From the NCBI GenBank assembly GCA_028534125.1, contig CM052816.1, positions 30,382,001 to 30,446,000 on the forward strand: DNA of 64,000 nt, read 5' to 3'. The notes under the pieces were generated by a model. It had not been told where the DNA came from. It worked only from the letters and a program-made list of their open reading frames with translations, and made no database searches. Source of the stretch: Lama glama. Lineage: Eukaryota. Both the position numbers and the translations under genes were made by a program. Shown here in pieces: positions 22,782-36,500 of this stretch (position 1 is the stretch's first letter; every line of letters starts with the position of its first letter).

Positions 22782-23449
22782 ATATATGAAAATTCACTTC
22801 ATTCTAACATACTTCCAAATAATGTAACTTCTCCCGTATTGTAAGAGTTAAAAATAGTGAAGGAATTACTTTTATGAGGCAAGAGAGAATCTTAGAGCTT
22901 AATCCTTATAGTTGATTAAGGCACCACCTGGAAGCCTTATGGTGCTCTAGTGTTTTAAGTTTACTGTTTAATTGTGGTGGATGAATTATATGTAAGTGTA
23001 AATTACTTTTTTACGTAGAGTAATTTTCAAGCAATATTCCCTCAAGCTAGTAATGGCATGATTTAGTATTTTTATGGGATTGTAACTCTCTGGGCATCTG
23101 CTGATGATCATTTTTGGAATCTATTACACTTTTGGAGAAATACAATGGTGGAGAGAAGCCCTCTTCCAAATGTGGTATGTCAGACCCGATGAAACTAGTC
23201 TTAATTAAAGGTGAAAGATCAAATAGCTTTGCAGAGTCTCTTTTCTTACTTTATGATTTTGTGGTAATAAATAGGATCTTTAGTATCATTGTCAACTATA
23301 TTTTGATATAATTAAATTATTAGCTCTTTGATCTTTCTTCTTTTAAAATGGAGGGGGGGGAAAGAAGCTGTAATTTATCTTGAAACAATTGGGAAATTGT
23401 GCCTTGGAAATTTGTAAGGCATTAAGTCCAGTAGTTGCTTGTCCATACA

Positions 23450-23595
23450 GGTCCATCTGGAGGGCTTATTAGAATGATGAGCCCCACCATGAAAGGCTTT
23501 GATTTAGCAGATGTTGGGCTAAATTCTAAAAATCTGTAATTTGAGCCAGTACTCTAAAGGATTCTGATTGAGCTAGTTCATTAGTATTTTGAATA
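23450..23595. mobile_element. MER5-type hAT-Charlie fragment
   Basis: 'gagccccacc...tgatttagcagatgttgggct...aatctgtaattt...ggattctgat'. Confidence 0.45.
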
Positions 23596-23604
23596 GCAAT
23601 TAGT

Positions 23605-23725
23605 TCACCTCCTTAATTTACAGGGTTGGAAGAGTGAGGCTTAGCGTAGTAAAGTTACTTGGCCAAGAGCACATGAACAGCAGGTGACTAAGATTGGATT
23701 TGAACGCAGTCTGTTGTATTACAAA
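23605..23725 (-). mobile_element. MIR SINE fragment
   Basis: 'gtgaggcttagcgtagtaaagttacttggccaagagcacatgaacagc...ggatttgaacgcagtctg'. Confidence 0.6.
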
Positions 23726-24092
23726 ATCATACGTGAATTGTAAATTTTCAAAAAAATTTTTTTAAAAATAGCTAAAAATTAGTTACATAGTATTTATACT
23801 AAAGCCATTTCTATTTTTTTTCATTTTTTAAAACAATCTTGAGAATTTGCCAGAGATTCAGCTTTGTCAGTGTAAATGTTGATCCTTATTGTATGTATAG
23901 ATGCCAGTGGGTGAGGTGGGTAGACTCAAGATGGAATCTGTACTTTACTTTGGAAGTAAAGAGCTCATCTACTAAATGCATTTTTATAAAACTTGGCATT
24001 CACTAAAAAAAAATTGAAGTGCACCCTCTAGGAGACATTTCTGCTGATCTGGACACCGGATATTTATGCATGTTGTTATTATTACTCTTAGT

Positions 24093-24340
24093 CTAGCATG
24101 GTAGTTAAGATTTGGGCTTTAAAGCCAGATTACCTGGGATTAAATCCTGAACCTACTACTTAATATCTCCATAACTTGGCCAACTTCCCTTTCCTTTCTG
24201 GACCTTGGTTCTCGTGTTTGTAAAATGAGAATATCATAATCATTATATCTCACAAAATTATTATGAGTTAAAGTAAATGAATCACTTAAATAATTTGAGT
24301 GGTACTGGGAGCATAGGTAAAACATAGCAAAATTTAACTT
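24093..24340 (+). mobile_element. MIR SINE, near full length
   Basis: 'tagcatggtagttaaga...gccagattacctgggattaaatcctg...tttgtaaaatgagaatatcataat...gtactgggagcatagg'. Confidence 0.8.
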
Positions 24341-25207
24341 TGTTTACCTGGATGACTGTGTAACTTATCCATGTACTCATGGGTTAAAAACCTCTTTGCA
24401 CTTGAATATTATGCCTGAAAGATGTGAGTAATTATTCTAAGTGAGTGAGTCAGGAAATTATTGTGGGCATAGCTGGTATTTGAAATGCGAAAAACAAACT
24501 AAAAATAAAACAATGTTCATGAAAGGCATGGGGAGTGAAAGAAAATGAAGATTCTTTTCTAATAACATTTCTTTTCTGCTTATCTTAATGGAGTGCATCC
24601 TAGGTGCTAAAAGTGGTCTAGGAAATAACCCCCTCTCCTGGTTAGAAACATTTTATGTAAAATTTCCAACTGAGTCTTATGTATTTTTGATCCTTGGCTT
24701 CCTTGGCCTTCAAATATAATGTCTCCCAGGTTCAAGCAGAGAGATTAACTGATAATTAATTGAAGGTAGAACTGAATTATCTGAGCCCTTATTCTAGTAT
24801 GTCTGGAATACCAGGTGAAGAGCTGCTTTAGAAAATGCTTTTCTAACTGCTGCTGTGGCATCTTGCCTCAAAGGTCTGAAAACTCACGAATGGTATCAGA
24901 TCAGATGGTTTGCATGTTGATACCTCTTATTTGCTCTAATTCAACTGATATTTATGTTATTAGTGTTTAGCAATTTTGTTATTTGTTATTTGACAGTTGT
25001 TGAAATTGATTTGCAATATGGGTCTCTTTTTCTTCTGCTGTTACCTAATTTATCACTTAAAGATGGAAGTCATTCTGTTTTCTTCATTTCATTATCATTT
25101 CAATCATATTCAGAAAGTGGAAAATTGGATGGCTTTCCTCTGAATTTTAAATACCAGGTTTGTCTGGATGTGCTAAGTGTCAAGCATCCACAACCTGTGA
25201 GCCTTTA

Positions 25208-25395
25208 AATCGGTGTTCCGAAAGCATCACGGTGTTTCAGGGCCACGTGGGATGTTTGTTAAAACTCAGTTTCCTAGGCTCCCAACCCCCAAAGACTTGA
25301 AAGACACGGATTGGCCCTAGAAACTTACATTTGTAATAGATACCAGACAATATTTAAGGATGTGGACCAGGAACGGTACTTACAGAAACTGCTAG
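25208..25395. mobile_element. MER5A-type hAT-Charlie element
   Basis: 'gggatgtttgttaaaactcagtttcctaggctccca...ggccctagaaacttacattt...gtggaccaggaac...agaaactgct'. Confidence 0.55.
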
Positions 25396-25534
25396 ACTAA
25401 ACTTAATCTCATATTAGAAAACCAGTTAGTACTACCTGTTCTCGTAGAGAGAGTTTCAGAAACTAACTTTGAGGCAGGTGCGTGCTCTCTCTGTTATAAA
25501 ATAGATTGTTCTGACTTGGGTCTTCACACTGGGC

Positions 25535-25760
25535 TGCAGCATGGCGTAGTTCACAGAACACCCTCTTTGTCGCTTTAACCTTGACTTTTACCAGCTGAGT
25601 AACTCTTGCAAAGCCACTTAAGTCCTCTCCTTTTCTATGAATAACAGTATAAATGACTGTCAGAGGCAGTTGGGAGGATTAAGAGAAATAAGAGTTGTCT
25701 GAAAAGACGCTGCCGTAGTGCTGGGTGTATCTTGAGAAATCAGTACACGCTGGTTCTTTT
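25535..25760 (+). mobile_element. MIR SINE
   Basis: 'gcagcatggcgtagtt...ttaccagctgagtaactcttgcaaagccacttaag...gggaggattaagagaaata'. Confidence 0.65.
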
Positions 25761-26921
25761 CCCACCTGTCTGCCTTATTTCTGCCACTTACCTTTCTTGA
25801 CTCTCGGAGTCTTCATGACCTCTGCCTCTGGAATATTTACTTGATTTAAGCCACTTCTTTGCCTCGGTCTCTTGCTTCAGTGTGACTTTGCCTGTTAGGT
25901 TCTGCATCTTTCCCCTTCTTGCCCCTGTAATCCAGAGGAACTCACAGCTTTGACACCACAGTGCTGCTTCCACTGACTGCTGACCTTAAGTTCTGAATTT
26001 GATTATTTGACACTGTTCATATATGCCAACTTTGAATTCTTCAAGTGGAATTGTAGAGCAAAAAAATCAGAGCAATAAAATTGCTATTTACTGGGAATTC
26101 TTCTATTAGTCTGTAAACTATGTTCTAAATTGTCTTAAATAGGTTTTCTATCTAGTGTACTCTGTCTCTTCTGGGGAATTAAAATATAATTTGATACATT
26201 TCTTTTTTCCTCTTAGTGTCGGCTGAACAAGATCATCTCTTACATACAGTGAAGGGGCACTTGTGTTGATTACAATATCAAGTCAGTGCACTTCTCTCAG
26301 AGCCCAGGTTCCTGCTATCCGCAAATAATAACTTAAACATTTATAACCCGTTGCCTTCTAAGAGTTAGTGGCTTCTAAACAGAACTTGCTTTCAGGGAAT
26401 ACTTCGTGTTCAGAGACACTAGCTCATTAGTTTGAGGATAAAGCTTACATTTCAAAGTATAGAGACATAATAAATCTATTTTTGGTGTAGATGAGTGCTC
26501 CTAGAGAAAGTTATTATAGAGATGCAACATTGATCTCAAGACTTTAAAATGCAAGTGTGTATCCTGGAAAATGCCAAAAAGCATTGCATGACTCAGTCCT
26601 CTCTGCTCAGAAGCCACAAATTATACTTAACTAAACAATCACAATTTACTGAAGCATGAAAAATTTCATACCTCAAATCTTCTAAATAGATCTATTTGGG
26701 ATGCTTGTTGAATCTGAGGAACATAATATGACATTTATAAAGATACATGCACACATTCATGTGCCTATATATATGCTGGTAACTGAGTAAATAAATGATT
26801 TGATTGTTCAACATCGATGTTTTTATTCACCCTTTATTTCGTCCATGCAAATATCGCATGCTGATGATATGCCAAGAACTATAACAGATTCTGCAGGAAA
26901 TACAAGGAGAGAAGAATTTTA

Positions 26922-27500
26922 AGACATGAGCATTCTCAGATTATTGGTGAGGCTGTAAATCGGTACATTTTTGCAGTACTGTTGGACAGATCGAGTTGAA
27001 ATGTATAGGTCTTTGATCCTGAATTGCTACTGGAAATTTCTTTAAGAGGGAAATTGTGTATGTGTGTGTATGTGTGTGTGTATGCGTGTGCACACGTGCA
27101 TGCATTTGTGTAAAGAATTGTCTAGGTGAATTTTGATTGCATCATGTTTTATAGTAAGAAATGAGAATCAACTCAAATACCCCTCAGCTGAGCAATTGTT
27201 AAATACACAGGATACAGGAACATTGTGGTATATTCTATGTAATGAAGTAATTTCACACTGTGAAGGTAGCCTTACAAAGTAAAACAAGAACTACAGAATA
27301 GGATGTGTAACATTGTTTAAAAAGTCAAACTACCACAATAAAAATAGTAACAATACATACACGAAGATATGTACAGAAATATTATAAGTATTGAAGGCGA
27401 TTATCTCTAGAGGGTGAGATAATGGAAATTTCATTCTTTGTAGTATATATTTCTATAATATATAATATTGTAAAACTTGTAATATTTTTAATCCAAAAAA
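26922..27500 (+). mobile_element. Very old L1ME 3' region with a TG-rich microsatellite at about 27055-27110
   Basis: 'ttggtgaggctgtaaatcggtaca...ctttgatcctgaattgctact...aacattgtggtatattc...ttatctctagagggtgagataatgg'. Confidence 0.65.
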
Positions 27501-29237
27501 CCCAGCTTTTTTCTTTTTTTTTTAATTTTTATAAAAACATCCCCTTCCTGGCCTATAGTCTAATGTGGGAAGCAGACGTGTACACTAGGTTTTATGGAGT
27601 TAAATCACGTGTTTGAAGTCAAATGCTCATCAGAGGCGCAAGACCGGAAGCTAGATTCCAACTCCTTAGGCAACAGCCTAGTTTCTTGTCTAAGTATGTG
27701 TCCTTTCTGGCTCCCTAGGTGACCAGGAATGCTTGACTATTTGATTGACATCCTAAAAGTAACCATCATCCAAAAGTACCTGTAAGTTTTTACAGCCTTT
27801 AATTAAACAGAAGCTATGCTAGAAGACAAAGTTGGCAGCAAGATTATCAAATTAGAAACAAACTAAATGTTGTTATTCTTCAAAAAAAATGCTCGAAATG
27901 TTTGTGCAATTTTTAAAAAGTAATTATTTTATTTTTAACTTAACAAAATAGGTTGCAACAATCACAGCTTCAGAAAGGGAAAATTATAGATATAAACTTT
28001 CAAATATGGCAGAAGATAGAGGTACCTCTTGCTTTAATGTATTACAATATATAATTTCTCCTTTACTGACAATGTTGCAAATGCATTTAACCTTCAAGGA
28101 ACTTAAATGTATTCAAGCATTTTGTTCCATTTTGAGCTTGATTGAATGAGAATGAAAGACAGAATGTATTTATTTTAAAGGACTGTATTTACTTTTATTT
28201 TCAACAACTTAATATAAAAGCAAGAACTTTAACCTATCAGTGGATAGTGCTCAAATCTTTGCCTCTCTTCAGGGCTAAATTTCTGTGAGAATATACCTGG
28301 AAGCCTGCACTTCCATGTTTTCAGTTCATATTCCTGTCTCTAGAAGTTTCCCACATTCCTGTGACTTTGAGGGTAAATGCCGGAAAGTCAGAAGTTGCTG
28401 TTCCTTGCTCTATCACCTTCTAAGTCTCCATCATCTTGAATCTTTTTATTTGCAGCTTGGAGTTCACTGCCAGCTAAAAGACTTACGTTTCTGTGACCAT
28501 AAGTGATGATCTAGTAATTTGCCCATTTTCCTAAGCAGGCGGGTGGAAACTATTTCTGTTGTAAATGGCGGCTGTAATAAATAATAGGATTTATTCAACT
28601 AAATCCTCTTTATATCCTGCAGAGTAAAGCAGAACTATCTTAATGGCAGGGAATAAGGGGGTAATTTTGTTGGCAGAGCCTTGATTTTATTACCTTGCTC
28701 TCTCCTTAGATTCTCTGAGCCACATCTAGCTGAAAAATAACCTTTTTGGTTCAGAGCTTGCAAAATCTCAGCATGCCATCTCGGCACAGCAGCTCTAAGG
28801 TGCAAGCATGAGATGACTGCTGCTTACATACCAGACAGGGGCAAAAGACCAACAGATTCTAACATGAAAGGTGACCCATTTTCGATTGGTGACAGAGATA
28901 CCAAGTAGGACTGCAGAACGATTAGCAGCCTGGGTCAGCTTTCCTCAGGGTGCCTTCAGAAGCCATCCATCTCACCATATGTTTTCTCTGTCCCTGCCCC
29001 TGAAGAGGCTTCCAATTGCAGGGTCTTAAGGAACTGCACATGAAGGCATGCACATGTGCATAAGCAAATATGCACATGCTGACACACACGTATGGCATGT
29101 ACCACACACACCTGCCACTTCTTGGTACCTTTCAAAGCGCTCAAGTCCTAAGTGTGGTTCCTAGTTGATTGATGGATGGGTTTGTTTGGAAGATCTCTTG
29201 TCTTGACCTCCCCAGCTTTTGGTGCATGCTAGGAATG

Positions 29238-29460
29238 AACTAACATTTATTGATGAATTGTACAGCAAACACTGTGTTAGGCTTTTCACAGTCCTTATCT
29301 CTTTAAATGAGCCTGTGAAGTAGCTAATATTATCCCCATTATCTAAGGAAAGAAATTGAGAGTCATAGAGTTTAACCAACCTGTTCAATTCCATGGAAGA
29401 CCTGGAATTCAGACTTGCAGGGGTTCCAATTCCAACATTCATATGCCTCTCATGATATAA
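29238..29460 (-). mobile_element. MIR SINE
   Basis: 'ctaacatttattga...cactgtgttaggc...cctgtgaagtagctaatattatccccatt...gaaattgagagtcatagag'. Confidence 0.75.
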
Positions 29461-29664
29461 CATTTATAAATAAAGCAGGATTTAGGATCATGATGCAGTG
29501 ATAAAAAATATTGGGGGAAGATACCAAAGTGTTTTTAAGGAGTGGTAGGATTTCCGTTGTTATACTTTATTATGTTTTCTGAAGTGAGTCCTTATATTTA
29601 ATGTTCAGAAAAGGCATGTAATTCACTCAGTTATGTTTACATTGAATGAGCCAGTAATTTCCAC

Positions 29665-29800
29665 GGTAAATTTACCAGGTAGGTTTCACCATCTCCGTTT
29701 TACCAAGGAGGCTGAGGACCAGGAAGGGTATTTCGTTTGCCCAGTGTTATAGAACTCACAGATAACAGCACTAGAAACAAGACCAGATCTATAGGAAGAG
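29665..29800 (-). mobile_element. MIR SINE fragment
   Basis: 'aggtaggtttcaccatctccgttttaccaaggaggctgaggaccaggaagg...tttgcccagtgttatag'. Confidence 0.6.
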
Positions 29801-30432
29801 AGTCCTTATTTTGCTACGTTAACCTCTTGAAAGCATGTCTTAGAAGCCTCACTTTTATTAGAGGTCTGATGCTGAAGGTGATAAACTCTAACCTACCCAG
29901 TATTTGAATATTAAGCTTAACTTATGTTCTAGTCCCATTTGGAATCTTAAAGTTACCTACTTATACTTACCATTTTTAAAATTTCGGTGAATGTTGGGTC
30001 TTTGGACATTGGGCAGTATTTCTAATCCCAAAAATCCCATTGGAGAATTTTTGTTGTTATTGTTTATTTTGTTGTAGTTGTTAAGTTGCAATGTGGTATT
30101 CAGGTCCATTTAAAAAAACTAATTAAAATATTTAATTATATTCATTATCTCTTTGATAATATTCTTTATATAATGAGAAATAAAATGAAGTATATCTGAC
30201 TACATGATATAGAAAATTTTGCAAATTCCTACTCTGATTCTAGACTTGAGTATATATAAGCTGCTGGTGCATATCTGGAATAATACAGAGCTCTACTCTG
30301 GCAAAGGGAGTCTTGGTAGTTTTTCTAGCTCCCCTGTAGCATTGCTTGGTCGTGTGTTTGGATCACCTGCCCTGTGTCTCTTGCATCAATAGACAGCTGT
30401 TTTCCTAGCCCATGAGGATATTCCAGTTTGTG

Positions 30433-30563
30433 AGGTTTTGGGGGGGGTGTGCAGGAGTAATTAGACTTATTAATTATTATTTTTAATGGAGGTACTGGGG
30501 ATTGAACCCAGGACCTCGTGCATGCTAAGCACACGCTCTACCACTGAGCTGTATCCTCCCCCA
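30433..30563 (-). mobile_element. tRNA-Ala(AGC)-derived camelid SINE (vic-1-like) with an 11-bp TSD
   Basis: The reverse complement reads gggggaggatacagctcagtggtagagcgtgtgcttagcatgcacgaggtcctgggttcaatccccagtacctcca, containing an A box, an AGC anticodon loop and a B box, followed by an AT-rich tail. The TSD tccagtttgtg is at 30422-30432 and 30564-30574. Confidence 0.9.
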
Positions 30564-33500
30564 TCCAGTTTGTGTTTTTACTTTCTATTACTTGAGAGGA
30601 ACAACTGACAATGGAAATCACGTAGGAGGGACAATTGAGGATGGAAGGGCATGATGTCTTTCCCAGAATGTCAGCCTTATATCACAAGCCTTTTAGACTG
30701 TCAGGACTGTTTCCCGCATTTAGATAGGTGAATAACTGCAGGAGGGAGGAGTGAAAGCCATTATGGGCTAACATCTTGGTTATTAGGGATTAATTAAGAT
30801 CAAGCTGAGAGCCAAGATATACCGTGACCTCAAAAATTGGAAAGAAATAAGGGGTTTAGGATTAGAGAAGTGGGACCACCTAGAGGAAAAGAGATGGTTA
30901 GGCAGGTGGTTGGAGATTCATTGTCAGCCTATTATGACTGTTTTCAAAGCACTGCGTCCAAGTCTCCCAGGTGGTACCGTGAGCCTGGGTTTATTTTGCT
31001 GCTGCTGCCGCCACCACATAAAGACAGCATGCTGGCATGAACCTCCGTCTGGATAAAACCAGTGCTCAGGTAATGCCGGGAAGACCATTCAGAGGGAACT
31101 GAACAGTGGCGCCTGTCTCTGTTGTTTTCAGCCCTTGAAGAGCATGTCGGTGAATAATGTCCCCGAGTTTGTTGTGTGACTTTACTTTAAGAATACTTCA
31201 CTTCACAGTTGTGAGCTGGAGTGCGACATGGCGCAGTGTGGAGCAGCAATTCGTGGTTTCACATATATAATGTAAATTTCATCTTGATCACCCTGTATTT
31301 TCCATACCTTATTCCCGGAGAAATGGAGGATGTTGTCTGGGCAGAAACATAGAGACAGCTAAAATACTGTTAAGGTGAGCATGAAGGATCCCATTTTATC
31401 TGCACAACACAAGGATTCCCCGAAGACAGTCCCAGCCTTCGTTTGCAGTCTTTGTAGCCCAGCTTTACACTTTTAACCAGAGCTGGCTGATGGGTTCTAT
31501 TGCACTCATTGTTAATCAAGATAAAACTTAGCTTGAGAATTGTATCAGTGTTGCTGCAGAGTAGGTTTACCTTCTTGGCTCTCGTTTTTATGTAAAGGTC
31601 AGATACTGAGAGAAGAGTAGATATTCAAGGTATTATTTATATGGAGTTAGAAATGAGAGTAAGAAGCTATCAAGTGGGCTAACCAAGCTTATCTGATTTA
31701 ATACCTAAAACAGTAGTTCATGGCAGATGATAAACAGAAAGGGTACAATTAGTGAAGCTATAGTTAGGAGAGGAGAAACGTATATATGGTGTAGTACAAT
31801 GCGTTTCAGTGGATGCAGTTTTAAACTAAGGATTTTGATAGCTCTCTGTATGTTTTTCTCCCTTCTTGTTAAACATCTACTCATCCTACACCCAATCATG
31901 ACTTCTCAGCTGCAGGGAAGCCCTGGGGAGGGAGGAGATGACTGGTGAAACTGTGTATCATGGAGAGACCCTGTCTAATCATTTAAGGTGTTTTTTTGTT
32001 TGTGTTGGCTGTTAAGTCCAGATGATGTAACTGCTAGTCATATGACACAAGCTCACTAAGCATTTTTAAAGACATTAATGAGTAAATCAGTAGATGGCAT
32101 TGGCCACACACAAGAAGAAACCGCTATCTCTTCATTGAGCTAAATGTAGTAAATTACTTTATGCAGAATCCGTTTTGTGATTATATTCAACCTTTACTAC
32201 TGTATTTTCACCCACCTCACCTTTAGTGCTTTACTATTTCGAGGTAGCAAAGATGTGCTAGGATCAATAATGTAAATGGAATTTTGAATTCTTGTGGTTT
32301 GGGTTAATTAGCACTATTTTTCTCTAGAGAGAAACTGTGATTTAGTAGTATTATAGAATTACGTACCTCTATGTCTATATATACATTCATTGTCTTCAGA
32401 TAAGGGTTATTGTTCCAAATCTGTGCCTTTTTCTGTTCCTTTTCTTTCCTCTTAGATGAATCATAGCACTTAAGCAGAAGTTAAGCTCAGGAAAGAAAAA
32501 GATTGTCATTTTAAGCTGTCAATTTGGATTCTTTAGGGATAGTTCAGATTTTAAAATAAACAATTAAAACAATTCACTAAATAAAGATCGTGGAATTTCT
32601 ATGGCTATCACCCATATCATAGTTATTTTCCATGACCAGATATTTGAATGCCCAGTTAGAGACAAGTAGCGTATTGAAGTCATGAACTTAACAAGAAGTG
32701 ATTTTTACATGATGTTCCATTTTGGGGGAGATTCTATGCAGAATTCTGTTTTCTAGACAGACAGAGTTACTATGAAGTTTTTGTCTATGACCTTCCACAA
32801 CGCGCACTGCTTGAAATCCCACTGAGATCTTGTATTAGATGAGACCTTTCAATGTACCTTCCTCAGCTCTGAGGCCTTCTGTTTCATTCCCTGCTTTAGA
32901 CCCAGTGTCATTAACTACACAGAGGCAACAGGCTTATAGTTCTTGAATAGTTTCAATTTCCTGACAGTTTGAAAAGCTACAGAGACTTTGTGTAGATACC
33001 AAAAATAAATTGTCCATCATATCTCAAATGTGTCTAATAGTCTACTTTCTTTACAAGTAACTCCTCTGATTTGTAATGCATGGTAAGGCCATTAGACTTA
33101 CAGTGATGGTGTTTATAGCAAGTGTTTTATAAGAGCATGACATAGAATGCCCATATCCACATAAGGATCTAGAAATCAATATGTCACTTACTTTGTGTGA
33201 GATATGGAGTGTATTTATTTTCATCCGTCTATTAAATGAGCAGACTAAACCAAGCAGTGATATTTACATATGAGAATAATGAAGATTTATTGCAAAATAG
33301 TCTATTAATACCTCTTTTCTGAGGCTTGCAAATGAAGTTACTCAAGAATAAATTAAATTTTGGAAACATTCTCATTTAATTTTCTGCATAATTTTAAAGT
33401 TAAAGCATAACAATGAATATGCTGGTAAAGACTGTGCCCCAACAGAGAACATTACATTGAAAAGTTGTTACAAATAACTAACTCATGCTTGGTCCTCTTA

Positions 33501-36500
33501 TACATGTCAGTCAATGTTTTCTTATTCTGAGAATGTTGAAATTAACATGAATTTGAAATGAATTTCAATTGAATCCTACGCAGTAGATTATTTTGCAAAA
33601 TCTTATTGTAATATATCAAATAATAGAAGTTTAGTATATTACAGAACTAAAATGAACAAAAGTGAAAATTCATGGAACAAACTAATTTGTAGTTTTTGTA
33701 GGTAAAATACATGACATAAATACTGTTGGACTTGTAACCATAATGCAAAATTTAGAAAAATAAAAGCATCATCGTTCTTTTTAGTATTATAAATGAAATT
33801 TTATATGCTTATATTTATAAAACAGATTTATCCTAATAATGTGGTAGTTAAGTTAATTTTATATGTACTAGAATTTTATGTATGATTTCATTAGCCAAAA
33901 GCAAGTTGCTTCTATAAAAGTTGCTAAACTGCTGCATGGAACTACAAGCACTTTGATGGCAGGGATTATATCCACAGTGCCTAAAAAAGTACTTGATGGT
34001 GCTCTTTTGATAATTAAGTTGATAGACTATGTGGCTAACAGGTATAGATAAGCCTATATTCGATTATCTTAAATTTCTGGAGGACTAGCACTCTTCATAC
34101 TCATGTATTAAAATAATCAACTTTTCAAAATGCTCCATAACTTCTTAGTTATTAAACCAAACGATGAAATGGCTTCAATAAATATTTATAAAATGATCTC
34201 TATTTCAAGCACCATTTTGGCCAGATGTGAGCCTAATATCTGCTTCAAATTGGGGTGATCTTATTAAGAGCTCAATTTGAATGTTACCAGATTCCATTAG
34301 AGACCACTTTCAGATATGGAGAAAAACCAAAGCTAACACAACTACTTAATCATCCTAATTCTTAAAAGTTGACAGTGCTACATCCTGGAATAAAAAAAAA
34401 ATACAGCCTTTGGGATGTTGTTAGAAGGAGATACTTGAATATTTAGAGGTATAAGGCATGCCGTTGGCTGAACACATATACCGAGGTTAGAGGAAGTGGA
34501 ACACAACCACGTAGAACTGAAAATTTTTCTGGAATCTGAGTCCAATGTGTGACATGCTTCTCTGTCATATGCCTCAGGTACTCAAAAATACATAAAGGTT
34601 ATTTTCCCCAGCATGCCCGTGGTCTATAAAGCATTCCACAAATGCACTGAGGTCTGCTAGAGAGAGGAAAGGCAAAAGAAAAAGAAGCTTTCAGTGTTTA
34701 TTTCAGCCTCTGATAAAACCCTGAAGGGATGTGAAGTCTGTGTCCTGTGATAGACATGCCTATATCATGATGAAAATGAACTTGAACCAACCCAAAGTTT
34801 GGATGTGGATTTTTTTCTGACTTATCAGGACTTTTTGTGTCCCTGGGAGGGGGATTCGTACCTAGCCAATTATACTGCTTTTTAGACAATTTTAGGTAAA
34901 ACTACAAGTCACTTTCCAGGACATAAAAGGAAACAGATCATCTTTGCCAGTAGAATGGTGGCACATATGTGGAATGCAATTTCTTTTTGACACAAAGCTT
35001 CACCCAAAGTTCTTTTTAAAGATCTTCCCACTTAATCTATAACCAGAGGTTTTTTGTTTTTCTTAAAAAAACTCAATGAGGGACAAGAAAGATGAGTAGT
35101 CTGCCCAGGAATCACAGTGTTGGCATTTCTTTCTTGTAATTCTTTAATGGAGATGACTTATCACCGGTAACCAAAAGCACTCCATGGAAAATTCTTCATC
35201 TTTTTTCTTATAAATAAATAGACATTGTTTCCTGTTTTATTCAAATTATATCAAAATTGGTGAAGGCAGTAAGACCCAAATGATTTTCTAAGACATAGAT
35301 ATTTTTAGAGTTCTTGGTTATTAAACTTTCACCATGACAAATCTTAAAGGAAATAACAATACACTGAAGTGACTTCTGTGGCTATTCTCTGGCCACAGCC
35401 TAGAGACTCCCTGCTGATTTAGTATTATACCCACTTAGGGTCATATCCTGAGGTCAGCTGCTTTGATCTTTCTGCAATTTCTGATCCACTCTGCAGAAAA
35501 ATAAATGAGTCTACCCTAGATTCTGTGCTAGAAACTGCTGAAATTTGGCAAGGTCAGTGGGGCCCGAAGCTGGGTAATTTCCAAGTAGGATAGAGTAAGT
35601 GACAAGCAGAATCTTGTCCTTGTCACCCTCTGTGTCTTCCCGCCAGGAATGCAATTGCCTGGTAGGTGGGAGTTTGGAATCTAGAAGCCACTGTCATGTT
35701 TAAGAGATGAGTTTGATCATTTATTCTTTTCTTGAGGTAATTTTTGGATTTTGAAGTTTGTAATTTGTCATTTCTAAATCGTCTCATAAGAATCCGGATC
35801 AAAAATTGTCACGCCACCAGGAGCATTAACGAAACGAACACTGTTGATAATGGCATTGCAGATTGTCACACAGCTACCTGCCCCAGCTTATAATGACTTT
35901 GTATGGAAGAAACAGCAGACAGGAAGACAGGTTTCATTCATTTTACTCTCAGTAATGCCCATCCGGAGGGAAGGGTTTGCTGATCCAAATTAGAGCAGGT
36001 TGGTAGACTATGTATATATCCTTACAACCTTATTTTGGAGTTTTTTTTCCCACAGCCTTCGGGTTCAGTTCAACCATAGGTTCACGGTCTGTGGGTGGAT
36101 TTCTCAATAATTAGGTGCATTTGTGGTTTCAGGATTTGCAACATACACAGGTATTCATAGGCTTATGAAGTGGTGCTTAATTGACAGCTGCCATCAGCCC
36201 ATAAACCTGGCCCCACTCACCCTCTCCCTTCATCCATAACTCAGTGGAAACGCAGACAGTGGAGTGTCTGTTTAGAGATGTACTTTGCCGCCAGTGTATG
36301 TGTAAAAGGGATTCATAGAGTTGCAAGAGAAGAAACTATATGCTCTTAAAGAGCTTGTTTACGTATAATCTACCAAGTGTTTGTCACTGTTGTTTTCTTT
36401 TTTCCCACTAGGAGAAAAAAGGAGATTTTTCACTATTTCAATGAAATCTGTAAATGACAGTACCTGAAAACCTTCAACAGAAGTCTTACGGAGGGATTTT

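Noticed and set aside
25788..25973. Minus-strand exon ending at a perfect AAG|gtaagt donor (GKVTLKQETEAKKWLK...)
   Set aside because: The upstream acceptor region is purine-rich with no pyrimidine tract, and I recognise no homology.
30488..30560. tRNA-Ala gene
   Set aside because: The acceptor stem is imperfect, and it has a SINE tail and a TSD, so it is a SINE.
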